From Candidatus Thorarchaeota archaeon (GTDB lineage: Archaea; Asgardarchaeota; Thorarchaeia; Thorarchaeales; Thorarchaeaceae), in assembly GCA_048884965.1 (NCBI GenBank), contig JBHLQH010000011.1:31913-95912 (forward strand): a DNA stretch of 64,000 nt. The letters run 5' to 3'. Made by a program: the position numbers and the translations under genes. How positions within the stretch are numbered: position 1 is the first letter of the stretch; the number at the start of each line of letters is the position of its first letter. Shown one piece after another: positions 1 to 9,529 of the stretch. Below the pieces are notes generated by a model, which was not told the origin of the DNA, searched no databases, and saw only the letters and a program-made list of their open reading frames with translations.

Positions 1-676
1 GCCTCATTCGCTTGAAGGTCTTGATTGATACTGATGTGATGATACCTAATCCCCCGAGGGCTCCAATGAAAAGACCTGAGATGTCTGGGCCAAATGCATA
101 TCGCAAGAAGGGTCCTGGTGAATTAGGGTTCGCCTCTGAACCGGTTTGAATGATCTCTCCCGTAGGGAGAACGACTTCTAGTCCTAGCACGAGATCTCCC
201 ATACAACCATGAACTCCAGAGCCTGGTCCTGCTCCGTTGACAGATACGTTTCCTGCAACGGTGCAGACCAGTGAGGAATCTGGATAGATAGGGACCCAAA
301 GACCCTTTCCATTCAGATATTTATCTAGCATGCCGTAAGTAACGCCAGCGCCGACTCGTACTGATCTAAGGTCCTCAAAAAGCGTGATATCTGTGAACCT
401 GAGCATGTCAATTACTATTCCCCCTTCTTTCGGTATCACCTCACCTTGGAGTGAGGACCCTCCCGATCTTGGTGTAATAGGTATACCGAATTCATTTGCG
501 AGTTTGAGAATTGCACTAACTTCTTCTCTATTGCTTGGCCGAATAACCAAGGCAGGTATCACCCTATCATATCCAGTTGAAGCTGAAGCAGAGTATGTTA
601 GAAGTACATCATTACGAGTGGACACATATTCCTTTCCAACAATTGCTTCTAGCTTTTGGATTACTGATTGATCCAC
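1..676 (-). CDS. FAD-binding oxidoreductase, GlcD/D-lactate dehydrogenase family (N-terminal part; runs off the window)
   Basis: Manual minus-strand translation from GTG at 676, with GGAGGT upstream: MDQSVIQKLEAIVGKEYVST...PALVIRPSNREEVSAILKLANEFGIPITPRSGGSSLQG, the FAD_binding_4 pattern. Absent from the ORF track because it is open at the window edge. Confidence 0.85.
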   Translation of the reverse strand, partial: MDQSVIQKLEAIVGKEYVSTRNDVLLTYSASASTGYDRVIPALVIRPSNREEVSAILKLANEFGIPITPRSGGSSLQGEVIPKEGGIVIDMLRFTDITLFEDLRSVRVGAGVTYGMLDKYLNGKGLWVPIYPDSSLVCTVAGNVSVNGAGPGSGVHGCMGDLVLGLEVVLPTGEIIQTGSEANPNSPGPFLRYAFGPDISGLFIGALGGLGIITSVSIKTFKRMR

Positions 677-700
677 TCAACGACCTCCAGGTCAATGTAC

Positions 701-1030
701 CTAGAATATGTGGCGGATTTTCATCAAATCGCTTGCAGAGCCTTTAACTTTGAGCTTTCTTTTTAACAATGCAGATGCAGCGTTCATCTCTTCAAGGAAC
801 AACTTCCTGATTGTATCCTCATCACTTTGTATTCTCATGTCTGGCTCATCAATGCTTCCCTCATGTACAGTGATGTTGTTATCCTTTACAATGAAATGGT
901 ATTCTCCGCCTTCTTTCAAAGATAAAAGAGCAGTTCTTTCCCAGCCATCGATTGCTTCCATGGTCTTCTCTCGTTCCAGCCCAATAGCAATCCTTTCTCT
1001 CATGAGCTCGAGCAGTGGTTGTTCACTCAT
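701..1030 (-). CDS. SCP2 sterol/lipid-binding domain protein
   Basis: 109 aa; YHFIVKDNNITVHEG..PDMRI..D..T...LF..EMNAASALLKRKLKVKGS matches the SCP2 pattern. Confidence 0.8.
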   Translation of the reverse strand: MSEQPLLELMRERIAIGLEREKTMEAIDGWERTALLSLKEGGEYHFIVKDNNITVHEGSIDEPDMRIQSDEDTIRKLFLEEMNAASALLKRKLKVKGSASDLMKIRHIF

Positions 1031-1188
1031 TAGATATCACCTGAACGGGGAAGAGCCTTTCTTCTCCCATTTAGACGTTTCCTTTTCTCTAGAGCTTCCA
1101 TCGACTTTTGTCGATGTGAGTATTTCATTATCCTACCGAGTAATACACATCTCTTTATCCCAGTGTTCACTGACAATTCCATGGACAG

Positions 1189-1264
1189 AGGCAAAACAGC
1201 ACCTTATTTCTAATAACCCCAAAACTCAACACAAACACCCCCTTCCGAGAATGCTGTTTTGCCT
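1189..1264. repeat. Perfect 13-bp inverted repeat (AGGCAAAACAGCA / TGCTGTTTTGCCT) with 50-nt spacer
   Basis: Arms at 1189-1201 and 1252-1264, in the rubrerythrin-SCP2 intergenic region. Confidence 0.8.
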
Positions 1265-1343
1265 GCTGCTCCGTACCATCGTTTATTCAAAAAATAAGCA
1301 GGACCTTGGTTCTATTTCGAACCAAGGCACTTCTATTACATGC

Positions 1344-1931
1344 TTAGTATTCTCTGAAGTGAAGCATGAAGTAGCCTTTCTCATGCTGACATGCAGGGCA
1401 CTTTTCGGGTGGATGTTCACCATCGTGAATATAGCCACAATTATCACAGCGCCACTGAACCTTTTCGGTCTTCTTGAATATGGAACCATCCGCTATAGCA
1501 TCCGCTAGTGCAAGATAGCGTTCGTGATGCCAAGATTCCGCATGAGCGATGGATTTCCAAGCATGAGCTATTTTGGTAAAGCCTTCCTCTTCAGCAATTT
1601 TAGCATACCCTGGATACATTTCCGTATATTCAAATTTCTCTCCAGCTGCAGCATGTCTGAGTATGTCCTCGGTACTCTCATATGCCCCAGACGTGGGGAA
1701 GTCCCATTCAACCTTGATGGTTTCGGTTGCTCCACCTTCCTTTAAGAGCTTGAAGAATCTCTTTGCATGCTCCAATTCATGTCCTGCAGTTTCTAGAAAA
1801 ATAGCAGATATGTGGGCATATCCTTCATTCTTAGCTGTCTTGGCAGCCATTGTATATCTGTTTCTTGCCTGAGATTCGCCGGCAAAAGAAGTCAAGAGAT
1901 TTTTTTCGGTTTTTGATCCTCTCAAATCCAT
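1344..1931 (-). CDS. rbr: Rubrerythrin
   Basis: MDLRGSKTEKNLLTSFAGESQARNRY, diiron E/ExxH motifs (ELEH, ESWH), C-terminal rubredoxin-like CDNC...CPAC. Start moved to ATG 1931. Confidence 0.95.
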   Translation of the reverse strand: MDLRGSKTEKNLLTSFAGESQARNRYTMAAKTAKNEGYAHISAIFLETAGHELEHAKRFFKLLKEGGATETIKVEWDFPTSGAYESTEDILRHAAAGEKFEYTEMYPGYAKIAEEEGFTKIAHAWKSIAHAESWHHERYLALADAIADGSIFKKTEKVQWRCDNCGYIHDGEHPPEKCPACQHEKGYFMLHFREY

Positions 1932-2131
1932 TGTGTATTTCTCCTTTGTAATGAGTTGTATACACAAACACCTCATCACAATTTACCATAGGAATCGGCT
2001 CTTTGCTATTAAAGGATACGACATGGTAGTATTTTTTTGATAAGACAATTCAAATAGAGCCCTTGACCAATACAGTCTGTTACAGAATGGATTGATGGTA
2101 CTACACTCTCTGATGTAGGAAGTGGGAAAAG

Positions 2132-3205
2132 ATGGTTCGTATCGCTCATATATCCGATTCACATCTTGGTTCTTCTCTCTTTCAGCTAATCGAACGCAGA
2201 GAGGATGCTCGTATTTGTCTAAAGAAAGCAATTGAGATGGCACTCAGGAAATCTCCTGATATCCTTGTTCATACAGGAGATGTCTTCCATAGTCCTACAC
2301 CACACCCTGAGGATACCAACTTTGTCGTGAATCTCTTGAAAGGCATTTCTGAAACGAAGGTCATTGTCCTTCATGGCAACCATGATGTTCCCTACGGGTA
2401 CAGATACATGCACAGCCCTATCTGGATGCTTGAGAATGCTGGCTTTTTAGTTTCGACAGGTGAGAAGGACCATAACGTTCTTAGACACGAAGTTGATGGC
2501 AAAGTGATAGACATTCACCTTGTTTCATGGACACGACCACTAACCTTTCGAAAATATATACGCGATTTTTCCCCGTCTTCTGATGCTGCTGTGCTCTTCT
2601 CACATTTTCTCCCGATTGATCATGATGAGATTCCCTCTCACTACGATTATGTGGGACATGGGCATTCGCACAATTTTCGTCTTGATGAGGACTCATCTAT
2701 CGGTTGTCCGGGGGCTACTTGTATTGTAGATTGGAAAAAGGAAATTGGCGGAAAGAGCAAGCTCATTGTAGTCGATATTGACAGCGAAGGCGTTGAATTT
2801 GAAACCGAGACTTTGAATGATGTTAGAGAGTTCAAGTTTCACCCAGGACTTGATATTTCAGGTATGGGCGCATCGGATGCAAATGATGCTATCAAGGATT
2901 GGTTAGCTAAGTTGTCCCCGAAGAAGAAAGGAAAGCCAATAATCATTATGAATGTGAATGGCCTTGTCACACCCGAAACCGAGAATGGTATCAATAGAGG
3001 CGAATTAATTGATTTCGGAGAAAGTACGCTCAATCCATTGTTCCTGCATATTGAACCGAATTGGCAAGTTGTGGGTCCTCCCGAGGTTACCTTGAGTGAG
3101 CCCCTGAATATTGAGCTTTCTCTAGAAGAATATTTGAAGCAGTCTATGAAGGTTGATTCCGAGCAAGTTCTTGGAGAGCTGAAGAAGATCAAGGGAGGGA
3201 AATGA
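2132..3205 (+). CDS. mre11: Mre11/SbcD-family DNA repair metallophosphoesterase nuclease
   Basis: Motifs SDSHLG, GDVFH, GNHD, GHSH; overlaps the start of the downstream SMC-type ATPase (ATGA coupling). Confidence 0.85.
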   Translation: MVRIAHISDSHLGSSLFQLIERREDARICLKKAIEMALRKSPDILVHTGDVFHSPTPHPEDTNFVVNLLKGISETKVIVLHGNHDVPYGYRYMHSPIWMLENAGFLVSTGEKDHNVLRHEVDGKVIDIHLVSWTRPLTFRKYIRDFSPSSDAAVLFSHFLPIDHDEIPSHYDYVGHGHSHNFRLDEDSSIGCPGATCIVDWKKEIGGKSKLIVVDIDSEGVEFETETLNDVREFKFHPGLDISGMGASDANDAIKDWLAKLSPKKKGKPIIIMNVNGLVTPETENGINRGELIDFGESTLNPLFLHIEPNWQVVGPPEVTLSEPLNIELSLEEYLKQSMKVDSEQVLGELKKIKGGK

Positions 3206-4497
3206 CGATACTAAACACTCTTCATTTAACAGATTTCAAAGTCTTCAGTGATATTGAGATACAATTTAGTCCAGGCATCACGGCAATTGTTGGACCAAAT
3301 GGCTCAGGAAAAACTGCAATTCTAGAAGCTATTGAGTTTGCATTATTTCGCCATGTGACTCGTAAAGAGAAGAAAGTTCCGCAAGTTGAAGATTTCATTA
3401 GACACAGTCGCAAACGGGCGATTGTGGAACTTGAATTCAAAGCTCCAATTAACAGAAGATCGTATAGAGTTATCAGATCAATTCACCCTGGAAAGACAAA
3501 TGCAGATTTGTATGAGGAGAATGGAAGAGAGCCTATAGCATCTGGTCCATCAACTGTTGATGATGAGATTGTGCGGCTGGTCGGAATGGATAGACATGCA
3601 TTTTCTACCTTGACCTATGTTCGCCAAGGAGAAATCGATCGATTATCCCGACTAACTCCGAAAAGTCGACGTAGTGATCTCTACAGCATGATGGGACTTG
3701 GCATCTATGATAAGACGGGAGAGCGAGTACAAAAAAGAATTCGTGATCTCAAGAAGCAAATCTCCTCAATTAATGAAACTAGAGCAAAGTTTGAATCGAT
3801 CAGGCACCATTTGCCTACCAATGAAGAGGTGTTGGCATCTATTGATTCCTTAAAGCGACTTGAGGAATCCCTTGGTACGAGTGATGATTTAGTCCAAATC
3901 AGATTGGTGATTGAAAAAGTCGATGCTTCACTATCTGAGGTTATTGATCATCTTAACTCACCAGAAATGAATGAAGAGTTTGAAGAAATCAAACAGGAAT
4001 CTGAAACTGCAGAATATCTGAAGCAGGTTTTAGAAGTCATTCCTGGAATTGCTGAGAGTCAGTTGAAACCTCACATTAGAGCTGAGGCTAGAGAAATATT
4101 TTGCAGTATTTTTGGGGACCGATATAGTGATCTTCTCATTGACGATGATTACGAGGTCGCATTATATGATCTCAGAGGAAATCGAATCAGTCTAAGTGCT
4201 GCCTCAGGTGGCGAGGATGTATGCGTGAACTTCGCGCTACGAGTTGCGGTGAATACTGCCCTACAGAAGTACTCGAAGACTGGACCTCCTCCCGGTTTGA
4301 TAATACTAGATGAACCCGGAGCAGGTCTTGATACACAGCGAAGGATGTGGCTACCTACTGCTATTGCCGGTTTGAGTTCTGTTGATCAAGTACTAGTAGT
4401 AACTCATATGGAGGAACTTCGAGAATCCGCTGAACGAATAATTTCATTGACTCCTCAAGGAAAAGGTCGTCAACCTATCATTGAAACAATCGATTAG
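3202..4497 (+). CDS. rad50: Rad50/SbcC-family SMC-like ATPase, unusually short (431 aa)
   Basis: Walker A GPNGSGKT, Q-loop YVRQGEI, signature SGGE, Walker B/D-loop ILDEPGAGLD, H-loop VVTH; short coiled coil; no CxxC hook. Confidence 0.85.
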   Translation: MTILNTLHLTDFKVFSDIEIQFSPGITAIVGPNGSGKTAILEAIEFALFRHVTRKEKKVPQVEDFIRHSRKRAIVELEFKAPINRRSYRVIRSIHPGKTNADLYEENGREPIASGPSTVDDEIVRLVGMDRHAFSTLTYVRQGEIDRLSRLTPKSRRSDLYSMMGLGIYDKTGERVQKRIRDLKKQISSINETRAKFESIRHHLPTNEEVLASIDSLKRLEESLGTSDDLVQIRLVIEKVDASLSEVIDHLNSPEMNEEFEEIKQESETAEYLKQVLEVIPGIAESQLKPHIRAEAREIFCSIFGDRYSDLLIDDDYEVALYDLRGNRISLSAASGGEDVCVNFALRVAVNTALQKYSKTGPPPGLIILDEPGAGLDTQRRMWLPTAIAGLSSVDQVLVVTHMEELRESAERIISLTPQGKGRQPIIETID

Positions 4498-5687
4498 ACT
4501 TCAAAGATTTCCTTTCTTTGATCGGAAACATCAATGCCATCGCGAATGAGCTTTCTGAGCTTCATTGCTACTTTCCGATTTCCTAACGCTATGCCTCCAA
4601 CAACCACATGATCTTTCATGACAGCTTTGTAGTAGGTGCCCTCCTCATGGTCTGCCATCACTATCGATTCATATTCTACTGATTGTGGATTAATTATTCC
4701 AACCGATGTTAAATCGATACCAGCTACTTGTAGAGTATTGCTTGGGATTGTTCCCCCATACTCTGCACTACCCAGTTCAAGCATGTTGGCAGCAGCGACC
4801 TTTGCAGTATCCATAGCAACTGGGATTATGCCCCAGCAGATTCCTTTCCACTCGGTGCAATCTCCTGCAGCAAACACGTTAGGTTCAGAAGTCTGCATGT
4901 ACTCATTTACAAGAACTCCCCTCCCTTTGCCTATCTCAAGGCCTGCACTCTTGGCAATGGCAGTATTAGGACGAATGCCTGTAGCGACAACCACCAAATC
5001 CCCTTTTACCTTATCACCGTCTCCTGACATGACTCCTGTGGTAACTTCATGACCAAGAACCTGTGAGCAAGAAAAGCCAAGCAGAACTGAGATGCCCATT
5101 CCCTGTAGTCGCTCCATTAGTATCTGACTTGCACCTTGATCGAGCTGGGTTGGAAGTAATGTCCCAATATTTGAAATGACGATTGGTTCTCCGCCTGCTT
5201 TCCTAATGGCTGCAGCTAGCTCAATGCCAAGTATTCCCCCACCTACAATGATTTCTCTTCCCGACCCCTTTGTGGCTTCCTTAATGGATATTGCATCAGT
5301 CAATGTTCTAAGAGTGTAAACATTCCCTTTCTCTGTTCCATGAATCGGGGGCACGAATGGATTGCTGCCAACTGCTAGAAGGATCGAATCATACCCGAAG
5401 TATGTGTCATTCTTAGTGAGTACGCTTCCAGATTTCGGAATGATATCAAGTACTGGTTCTGAAAGTCGAAGGTTGACATTCTGTTTAGCATACCAAGATG
5501 CATCATATTGAATGACATCATCCTTCTCAATATCTCCTCGAATGAAATCTATGAGTTTTGGTCGTGGATAGTAATGAACTCCTTCCTCGGAAAAAACATC
5601 TATTGTAAGATTGGTATCTGCATTCCTGAATTCTCGAACCGCTGTCACAGCAGACACTCCATTACCAATGATCGCGACCTTCTTCAT
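4494..5687 (-). CDS. FAD-dependent NAD(P)H oxidoreductase (NADH:rubredoxin reductase/NirB-N-like)
   Basis: GNGVSA FAD motif, GGGILGIELA NADH motif, ATGIRPN, TSEPNVFAAGDC. Confidence 0.9.
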   Translation of the reverse strand: MKKVAIIGNGVSAVTAVREFRNADTNLTIDVFSEEGVHYYPRPKLIDFIRGDIEKDDVIQYDASWYAKQNVNLRLSEPVLDIIPKSGSVLTKNDTYFGYDSILLAVGSNPFVPPIHGTEKGNVYTLRTLTDAISIKEATKGSGREIIVGGGILGIELAAAIRKAGGEPIVISNIGTLLPTQLDQGASQILMERLQGMGISVLLGFSCSQVLGHEVTTGVMSGDGDKVKGDLVVVATGIRPNTAIAKSAGLEIGKGRGVLVNEYMQTSEPNVFAAGDCTEWKGICWGIIPVAMDTAKVAAANMLELGSAEYGGTIPSNTLQVAGIDLTSVGIINPQSVEYESIVMADHEEGTYYKAVMKDHVVVGGIALGNRKVAMKLRKLIRDGIDVSDQRKEIFEV

Positions 5688-5774
5688 GAGCAAGCACTAC
5701 CTATGACCTTCCTCGAAGGGTAAACATTCTTGAAGGTATCGCCTTAGTACAATATTGCTGGGTGCGTCCGTTTT

Positions 5775-6536
5775 ATGAACATCAGTGCGATTCTCTTTGA
5801 CCTAAATGATACGCTTACTACTACGAAGGATTCTGTGCTAAACACTATTCGTAAAATCTGCTATAGTAATGGGGTAGACTTGAACTGTTACTCGGACGAA
5901 CAGCTTGAACAGGCTTTTCAGCGATCTAATGCCGTTATGATGGAATATGTAGTTGCAAACAATGTACTACCTTCATGGGGCGAGAGCGAAGAGAGTTGGT
6001 TGCCGTTTGATAGGATAATGTTTGAGGAACTTGATATTAATGACCTGACGGATGCAACAATTCTTAGTATCGAACGTGATTTCAAACATATAACACGTGA
6101 CACGGACTGGGAATTCTTTACTGAAGATGCATTGTACGCCCTTAGGACCTTGAATGCTATGGGATTCAAAATGGGCATATGCACTAGGCGATCGGACAAT
6201 CCTATTGGCTTGCTAGAGCGTAACAACCTCGATCATATTTTTGGGTCAATTCAATGGTCTGGAGTTCCTGGGTATGCAAAACCAAGCCCATATACATTAT
6301 TACAGGCTGCAAGAGAACTAGAGATCAATCCCCATCATTGTTTCTTTGTTGGCAACTACGTGAATGCTGATGTTGAAGCTGCGATCAGATGCGAGATGCA
6401 ACCTGTTCTTCTGACATGGGCTAATCCAGATGAGGCTGAAAAGGCTCCTGATAGTTGCATAGTACTCGATAAGCCCTTTGATTTAGTGAAATGGATTCAG
6501 AATCAGGGTGAATCTTCTAGGGCATCAGGGATTTGA
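5775..6536 (+). CDS. HAD-superfamily hydrolase
   Basis: FDLNDTL motif I, KPSP motif III, VGN...DVEAA motif IV. Confidence 0.8.
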   Translation: MNISAILFDLNDTLTTTKDSVLNTIRKICYSNGVDLNCYSDEQLEQAFQRSNAVMMEYVVANNVLPSWGESEESWLPFDRIMFEELDINDLTDATILSIERDFKHITRDTDWEFFTEDALYALRTLNAMGFKMGICTRRSDNPIGLLERNNLDHIFGSIQWSGVPGYAKPSPYTLLQAARELEINPHHCFFVGNYVNADVEAAIRCEMQPVLLTWANPDEAEKAPDSCIVLDKPFDLVKWIQNQGESSRASGI

Positions 6537-7807
6537 TGCTCAGGATTAGGAATATCAACCGCTTTGAGGAATGGAATTCTGGACTTGATTGATTTCAAGA
6601 ATGTAGAGAGCAATCTCACAGGAAGTACACCGAATCCAAACAGAATACGAAGTGTCTTGCTCTTCATTGTCCCACGTTCAGGGTATCCGATGTAGGATAG
6701 AGTATGCTCCTGTAGAATGTCCTGAAGAGCAACAGCAAAAGCTTCTTTCACCACGTCGGAGAGTCCCAAGCCTTGGAACACATCACTCTCACTATATTCT
6801 TGCTTATCCATGACACTCTTCCATTTGATATATTTCGCTTTTTCAATGATATCTGAGAGTGCATAAACTAGTTCGCCAAGATATGGTAACAGAGTTCTCT
6901 CAACAATTGTGGGCGTTGGCTCTGCGAAGAATTCATTGTAGATGATCTTTGCTGGCTCTAGTCCCCTGACCGGAGGTACAAACCACAAGATGTGAAGTAA
7001 TCCTTCGATCTTCTTCAGGAGATGTTTCCTTCTCTCTTCTAGGTGATCCGGTATCTTGTTTACAATTGCTTCCTTCGCCTTAGAGATAGAGCTCATTTGA
7101 AGCTCTTTCCATTTTCTTTCCAGCTCAACAACTGACTTTGCATATCTGCTGAACTTGAAGTCAAGCGCACCTTCAAGGTCCTCCGCTGTCAAAACAACAA
7201 TCTCGTTTGTATTGTATGAGAGTCCCCCTGAAGCCATTTCCCAAAGACGCTGATTCATATCAAGTGGATGTCTGCATTCTCGCGGTATCTCCAATCGCAT
7301 CGCATGGTCTCCGGGTTGTGCGACTAGACAACAATGTGCTAGAATATCCTCGACTGACTCGAACATGGTAAGCTCTGTTGGCAGAAGGTCCATGGCACCA
7401 TGTCCTGTCGTAGACCAACTGAGCATCCTACCAGTTGCAGTATCCCTTTCAATAATGATCCGTTCCTTATCTCCGAGATGGTCAAACTTGTTGGTGAATC
7501 CTTTGCTATACGCCATGATTCCGTAAAGGACATACCTCTCCTTTGTTTGTGAGAATCCTGGCATCTTCAAAATAATGCCAACGGTGTCAAGTGGCTCCCC
7601 ATCTGCAAGCCAAGCTCCAGTAGTTTGATCCCATTCCCATCTGTCGCCCAGTTGATAGAACACGTCTCGCAGGGATCTGAGATCTTGAGCCTCTTTCGCT
7701 TTTCGTAGTGTTTCTGATTCCCACTTCTCATAGTCCTTTCTCATTTTGAACATGCTTTTTTTTTCCAGTTCGAGCCATTTCGACTCAACTTTCAATTTGA
7801 CCTTCAT
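6503..7807 (-). CDS. Hypothetical protein with a possible Vps62/NPP1-like domain
   Basis: Long ORF; DHLGDKERIII...STTGHG...AQPGDHA resembles H-x-G-D-W-E...S-x-H-G...G-S-H-A. Start uncertain (7807 or 7840). Confidence 0.55.
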   Translation of the reverse strand: MKVKLKVESKWLELEKKSMFKMRKDYEKWESETLRKAKEAQDLRSLRDVFYQLGDRWEWDQTTGAWLADGEPLDTVGIILKMPGFSQTKERYVLYGIMAYSKGFTNKFDHLGDKERIIIERDTATGRMLSWSTTGHGAMDLLPTELTMFESVEDILAHCCLVAQPGDHAMRLEIPRECRHPLDMNQRLWEMASGGLSYNTNEIVVLTAEDLEGALDFKFSRYAKSVVELERKWKELQMSSISKAKEAIVNKIPDHLEERRKHLLKKIEGLLHILWFVPPVRGLEPAKIIYNEFFAEPTPTIVERTLLPYLGELVYALSDIIEKAKYIKWKSVMDKQEYSESDVFQGLGLSDVVKEAFAVALQDILQEHTLSYIGYPERGTMKSKTLRILFGFGVLPVRLLSTFLKSIKSRIPFLKAVDIPNPEHQIPDALEDSP

Positions 7808-7908
7808 ACGATAATCACATTCGTAACTATGAATATTCATGGAGGAGTGCTATCATCCCTGTGACTCACTTCATTTGGAACCACTTATGGATATCGCTCG
7901 TAGAACGT

Positions 7909-8988
7909 CTATATCATGCTCTCTGATATAATAGTAAGCAATCTCTGCGCAGTATCACGAAGATATGCTGGCTCTTCAGGAGACTGAATGAAAGTCTTTC
8001 TCTCTCTAAGATTTATCTGGGCGCCAAGAAATGACAGCGCAATGTGATTCTCATCTTCCATATCAAGATGCCAATCGGTAAGATTCAAATCTTGAATTCT
8101 CTGATAAATGGATTCAAGATCTCGCTTCTTCGCACGAATTGAGAACCTTTCCTTCTCCGCTGAAGGAATTCCAACATAATACGCAAATGTGAGTGTATCT
8201 GAAGTATTTAGATAGATGACAAAATCGTACAGCACCATCTTGCTGTTCTTTGTCTTCCAAATGACTTTCTGTATAGCATCCTTCTCGTAGGATGCTAGGA
8301 AAGAGATTCTTGATTGCACATAATACTCCAAGTGAGCGAGGTCATCCTCGAAATATCCGTTGACCAAACCCCTATGACCATAATAGTATGTCAGGAAGCA
8401 AACTCCTCCCAACACGATTGCGGAGGGTATACAGAAAACCGAATTCCACCCAAATGTGAGCGATATCAATGCACTGATCATAGTCCAAACAGTGATGATA
8501 AACCAAGCAACATCATTCACGTCATCAGCAGTTTTCGTGTCAGCTTCTTTGATTGATTTGCTGAATCCCTCAAAGATACGTTTCATATCTGAATTATGCG
8601 TTTCCTTTTCTTCGATACGCCATCCGTTCTTTAACATTGAAGGGTCCTGCAAAGTTAGCTTTGCTTTCGCACGTCGCCCAAGGTTGTTTGCATACCTTGA
8701 TGCAGGTAGGCCGATGGCTAGCTGCGTCACTACAAATACAAGTCCCGTAATGATATCATCTCCCAGAGCACAGATAAGTGACAACAGGAATCCATATGCC
8801 ACAAAAAGAGGGAGGCTTGACACAAGCACTTTCTGGTCGTATTCGTGTACGTCTGACCAGTCAATTACAAGTTGCTTGGATGTAGCCAACGTTAGCCCTC
8901 GGACCAATTGAAAACTTGCTAATTTGCGAGCTAACTCCTGATAATTAATCTTGTGAAACCCTTTTACGATATTCTCATTGGATGTCAA
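7909..8988 (-). CDS. Hypothetical membrane protein (two hairpins, about 4 TM)
   Basis: 359-aa ORF with two pairs of hydrophobic helices; start overlaps the stop of the upstream gene. Confidence 0.7.
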   Translation of the reverse strand: MTSNENIVKGFHKINYQELARKLASFQLVRGLTLATSKQLVIDWSDVHEYDQKVLVSSLPLFVAYGFLLSLICALGDDIITGLVFVVTQLAIGLPASRYANNLGRRAKAKLTLQDPSMLKNGWRIEEKETHNSDMKRIFEGFSKSIKEADTKTADDVNDVAWFIITVWTMISALISLTFGWNSVFCIPSAIVLGGVCFLTYYYGHRGLVNGYFEDDLAHLEYYVQSRISFLASYEKDAIQKVIWKTKNSKMVLYDFVIYLNTSDTLTFAYYVGIPSAEKERFSIRAKKRDLESIYQRIQDLNLTDWHLDMEDENHIALSFLGAQINLRERKTFIQSPEEPAYLRDTAQRLLTIISESMI

Positions 8989-9395
8989 TCGATAAAGAAG
9001 ATATCTCCCTGATTCTCATGAGCAAATATCCTGATGTGCATGCCATTTTCAAGCACATGAATTGCGTCACTGACCTTCACAATTGCTATTGTCATTCTGT
9101 GATAAGCGGCTGCTGCAAGCTCGCTAACGGAGTCTCCAAATTCAGCTACGATTGCTGAAACTTTGCTCATTAACAAGTCGAGGTCTCCTGGATTATTCAT
9201 GAAATGACTCTCTAGATCCTGGTGAAGAATCGGAATTTCATCAGATTCCCAATCCCGACTCAAATCGCCTATATCACATACCAGAAACACCCTTCCAGTG
9301 AATTCACCTGCTTCTCCTACAGATTCTCCCCTTAATATTGGGAATACTGGAGATTCGTTAGGTAGATTTGTATCATCAGGCGACACTCGAAACAC
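8985..9395 (-). CDS. Stand-alone PEP-utiliser mobile (swivel) domain lacking the phospho-His
   Basis: GEFTGRVFLV...SKVSAIVAEFGDSVSELAAAAY...IAIVKVSDAIHVLENG aligns by eye to AIVTEEGG.TSHAAIVARE..IPAVVG; His position is Glu. Confidence 0.7.
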   Translation of the reverse strand: MFRVSPDDTNLPNESPVFPILRGESVGEAGEFTGRVFLVCDIGDLSRDWESDEIPILHQDLESHFMNNPGDLDLLMSKVSAIVAEFGDSVSELAAAAYHRMTIAIVKVSDAIHVLENGMHIRIFAHENQGDIFFID

Positions 9396-9529
9396 CTCTA
9401 GGTTACTTGGTCCTACTGTCTTAATGCATTTTCCTGCCTTTAATATTTCGGGGGATGTTCGATTTGAGCAGAATTTTCATCTAAGGACATGCTAATATTG
9501 ATTCCTTCTGCAATGTACTCGTGATTATC

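Noticed and set aside
708-1508. 266-aa plus-strand ORF
   Set aside because: Antisense shadow of the SCP2 and rubrerythrin genes; no recognisable protein features.
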